64,000 nucleotides of DNA from Hypanus sabinus (taxonomy: Eukaryota). The DNA lies in the NCBI RefSeq assembly GCF_030144855.1, contig NC_082712.1, forward strand, positions 58,528,001-58,592,000, written 5' to 3'. Shown in pieces: positions 61,660-64,000 of the stretch (position 1 is its first letter; every line of letters begins with the position of its first letter). The notes beneath the pieces are model-generated. The model saw only the letters and a list, made by a program, of their open reading frames with translations. It searched no databases and was not told where the DNA came from. The position numbers and the translations under genes were made by a program.

Positions 61660-63150
61660 CCGTAAGATATAGGAGCAGAATTAGGCCATTTGTCCCATCA
61701 AGTCTGCTCCACCACTTCATCATGGCTAATCCATTTCCCTCTCAACCCCAGTCTCCTGCGTTTTCCTCATATCCCTTCATGTCCTGACTAATCAAGAACC
61801 TAACAACCTCTGCCTTAAATATATTCAATGAATTGGCCTCCAATGCTGCTTCTGGCAACAAATTCCACAGATACACCACTTTCTGTCTAAAGAAATTCCT
61901 CCTCATCTCTGTTCTAAAAGGATGCCCCTCTATTCTGAGGCTGTGTCCTCTGGTCTTTGATTCCCCCACCACAGGAAACATCCAAGGTTCAAAGGTTCAT
62001 TTATTACCAAAGTGTGTATGCAATATGCAACTCTGAGATTCATCTTCTCCAGGTAGCCACGAAACAAATAAAACCATAGCAACTGTTCACAAAAAACTTC
62101 AACCCCCACCCCTCCACACAGAAAAACTTACAACTTGTGCCAAAATTAAATCACTCAGACAGCAACAAGAAAAAAACAGGTGAAAACACGGAATATAAAT
62201 AGAAAGGAGTTCAGTCCAATCCATAAACCGCAGAACTTCCCTCCAACAGCCTGGAGAGAGACACTTGAATGCAGAAGAGACAGGCTGTCACACACAGAAT
62301 TCTTATCCGGCAGCACCGAGTGATAAGCCATCACCCACGACACCTTATCCAGTAACAATAAGTGATAGACACCTTATCCAGCTGCGGTGAGAGGCAGGTG
62401 GTCAGCGCTGAACACTCGCTCACCTTCCACTTTTGCCTCACTGTTCCAATCTTCCTCGAGGCTTTAATTAGTGATTAATGGACTCTTTAGTCAGTGAAAT
62501 GGAGTTGAACATGGGCTCGCGCCCTATCTCTAAACTTTGCCGTGAGGGAGCCTGCGCTCACCTTGTGGAATGTTCTCAGAGAGAGCAGAGTACAAGATCA
62601 CTCAATCGATCTCCACACTGTAAATTGCAGGTTCTAACAGTCCCAGAAACACACTTAAGATAAAAAGATTTACAAGAAGTAAAATGAACAGTTTTGTAGA
62701 CGATCAGGAAGATGCTGCCTGGGGAATCATTGTTCAGTGGCATCATCTCCACATCCACTCTACTAAGGACTTTCAACCTTTCAAAATTCGGTAGGTTTCA
62801 ATGAGGTCACCCCTCATTCTTTTGAATTCCAATGGGTACTGGCCCAAAGCCATCAAATGCTCATCGTATGAAAAGTTTTCAATCCCAAAATCATCTTCAT
62901 GAACTGCCTTTGAACCTTCTCCAATGTCAGCACATCCTTTCTTAGATAAGGAACCCAAAACTGCTCACAGTACTCCAAATGAGGTCTCACCAGTGTTTTA
63001 TAAGGCCTCAACATTACATCCTTACTTTTATATTCCAGTCCTCTTGAAATAAATACTAACATCGCATTTGCTTTCTGCACCTCTGACTCAACCTACAAAT
63101 TAACCTTTAGGGAATCCTGCATGAGGACTCCCAAGTCCCTTTGCACTTTC
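61660..63150 (-). mobile_element. CR1 LINE 3' fragment interrupted by a ~760-bp element (61985-62745)
   Basis: LVRPHLEYCEQFW and FPVVGESKTRGHSL flank an insert whose minus strand ends in AATAAA plus (TGAACCT)-type repeats. Confidence 0.85.
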
Positions 63151-63194
63151 ATCTTTGATAATAAATTTACTTTGAACTTTGAATAAAGAAACTT

Positions 63195-64000
63195 ATCAAT
63201 TCCCAAATAGCAGAATGCTAAAATCTATAATTAAGGACATAGTATTAAGGCAGTTGGAAAATAATAGGAGGATCAGGCAATCAATGTGGATTTATGAAAA
63301 TCATGTTTGATAAATCTATTAACATTTTTGAGATTTTAACTCACTATAGAATTGGATCTTCAGGTGACCTTCAATAAGTTACCATACAACTGGTTATTAA
63401 ATAAAATTATAGTCCCAGGATTAGAGTAATACAGGATTGTGGAAGGTAGACTGATTAATAAACATGAAACAGAGATTTGCAATAAAAAGTTTTTTTTCTG
63501 ATTGTAGGTTGGTGGCACAGAGGTTGGTTCTGAGGCCCCAGTGATTCACAATTTACGTCAATGATTTGGAAGAAGGGGAGTAAGTGCCATGTATACAAAT
63601 TTTTCTGATGATAGATTGTAAACGAGGAGGATACAGAGAGGTTTTAAAAGGATGTTGAAAAGCTAAGTGAATGATGATAACCTTGCAGATGGAATGCAAT
63701 ATGGAAAAATGTGACATCATCCTCTTTGGTAGAAAAAATGAAAAAGATGGAGTATTGTTTTGCATGGTCACTGATTGAAATATGGTGTTCAGAGGACGTG
63801 ATTGTCCCTTTGTATTAGTCATGGAAAGTTAACATATGGGTACAGTAATTGGGAAGGGAATCATTATGTTTACTTACATTACAAGAAAATTGGAGTTCAA
63901 GGGGGTGATGATACCTCCCTGAAGTTACGTACAGAGAGAATGCAGAATTTCCTAGTGAGAGTGCATCTAGTCTATTGTGCACAGATGGAGTTATACGGCA
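63195..64000 (+). mobile_element. Old CR1 LINE RT fragment
   Basis: Degenerate RT-region similarity to the other CR1 copies. Confidence 0.65.

Noticed and set aside
62339-62381. CRISPR-like repeat-spacer-repeat (14-bp repeat, 15-nt spacer)
   Set aside because: Only two short units, inside a vertebrate retroelement, with no cas genes.
33700-64000. A divergently transcribed neighbour gene such as nle1
   Set aside because: I found no recognisable exons or CpG island. Small exons could have been missed by eye.

Overview
Vertebrate genomic DNA, AT-rich and roughly half to two-thirds transposon relics. The repeat set (CR1, Rex1/Babar-like, RTE, L2, V-SINEs, Deu-SINEs, Penelope-like elements, Tc1) suggests a cartilaginous fish, probably a ray; this is an inference. 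The only host gene I can support is the 5' half of unc45b (striated-muscle myosin chaperone, TPR + central + start of UCS region) on the minus strand. It has nine GT-AG coding exons between 33549 and 3839 that splice in frame to 1446 nt / 482 codons. The rest of the gene runs off the left edge, and a non-coding first exon must lie upstream (>33551); a candidate promoter with myogenic E-boxes and a six-pentamer heat-shock-element-like array sits at about 40.6-41.1 kb. Almost all ORFs in the supplied track are TE fragments or chance ORFs. The most interesting non-genic structure: (i) Penelope-like elements carrying minimal type-I hammerhead ribozyme motifs, including tiny (124-190 bp) inverted/hairpin insertions with 11-15 bp target-site duplications; (ii) three ~215-bp TG...CA solo LTRs, each with a perfect 5-bp TSD; (iii) a CR1 lacking its 3' end that stops about 15 nt from the first coding exon's splice donor; (iv) an exact 39-bp copy-paste 1.35 kb from its template. 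I see no clearly new protein-coding system.
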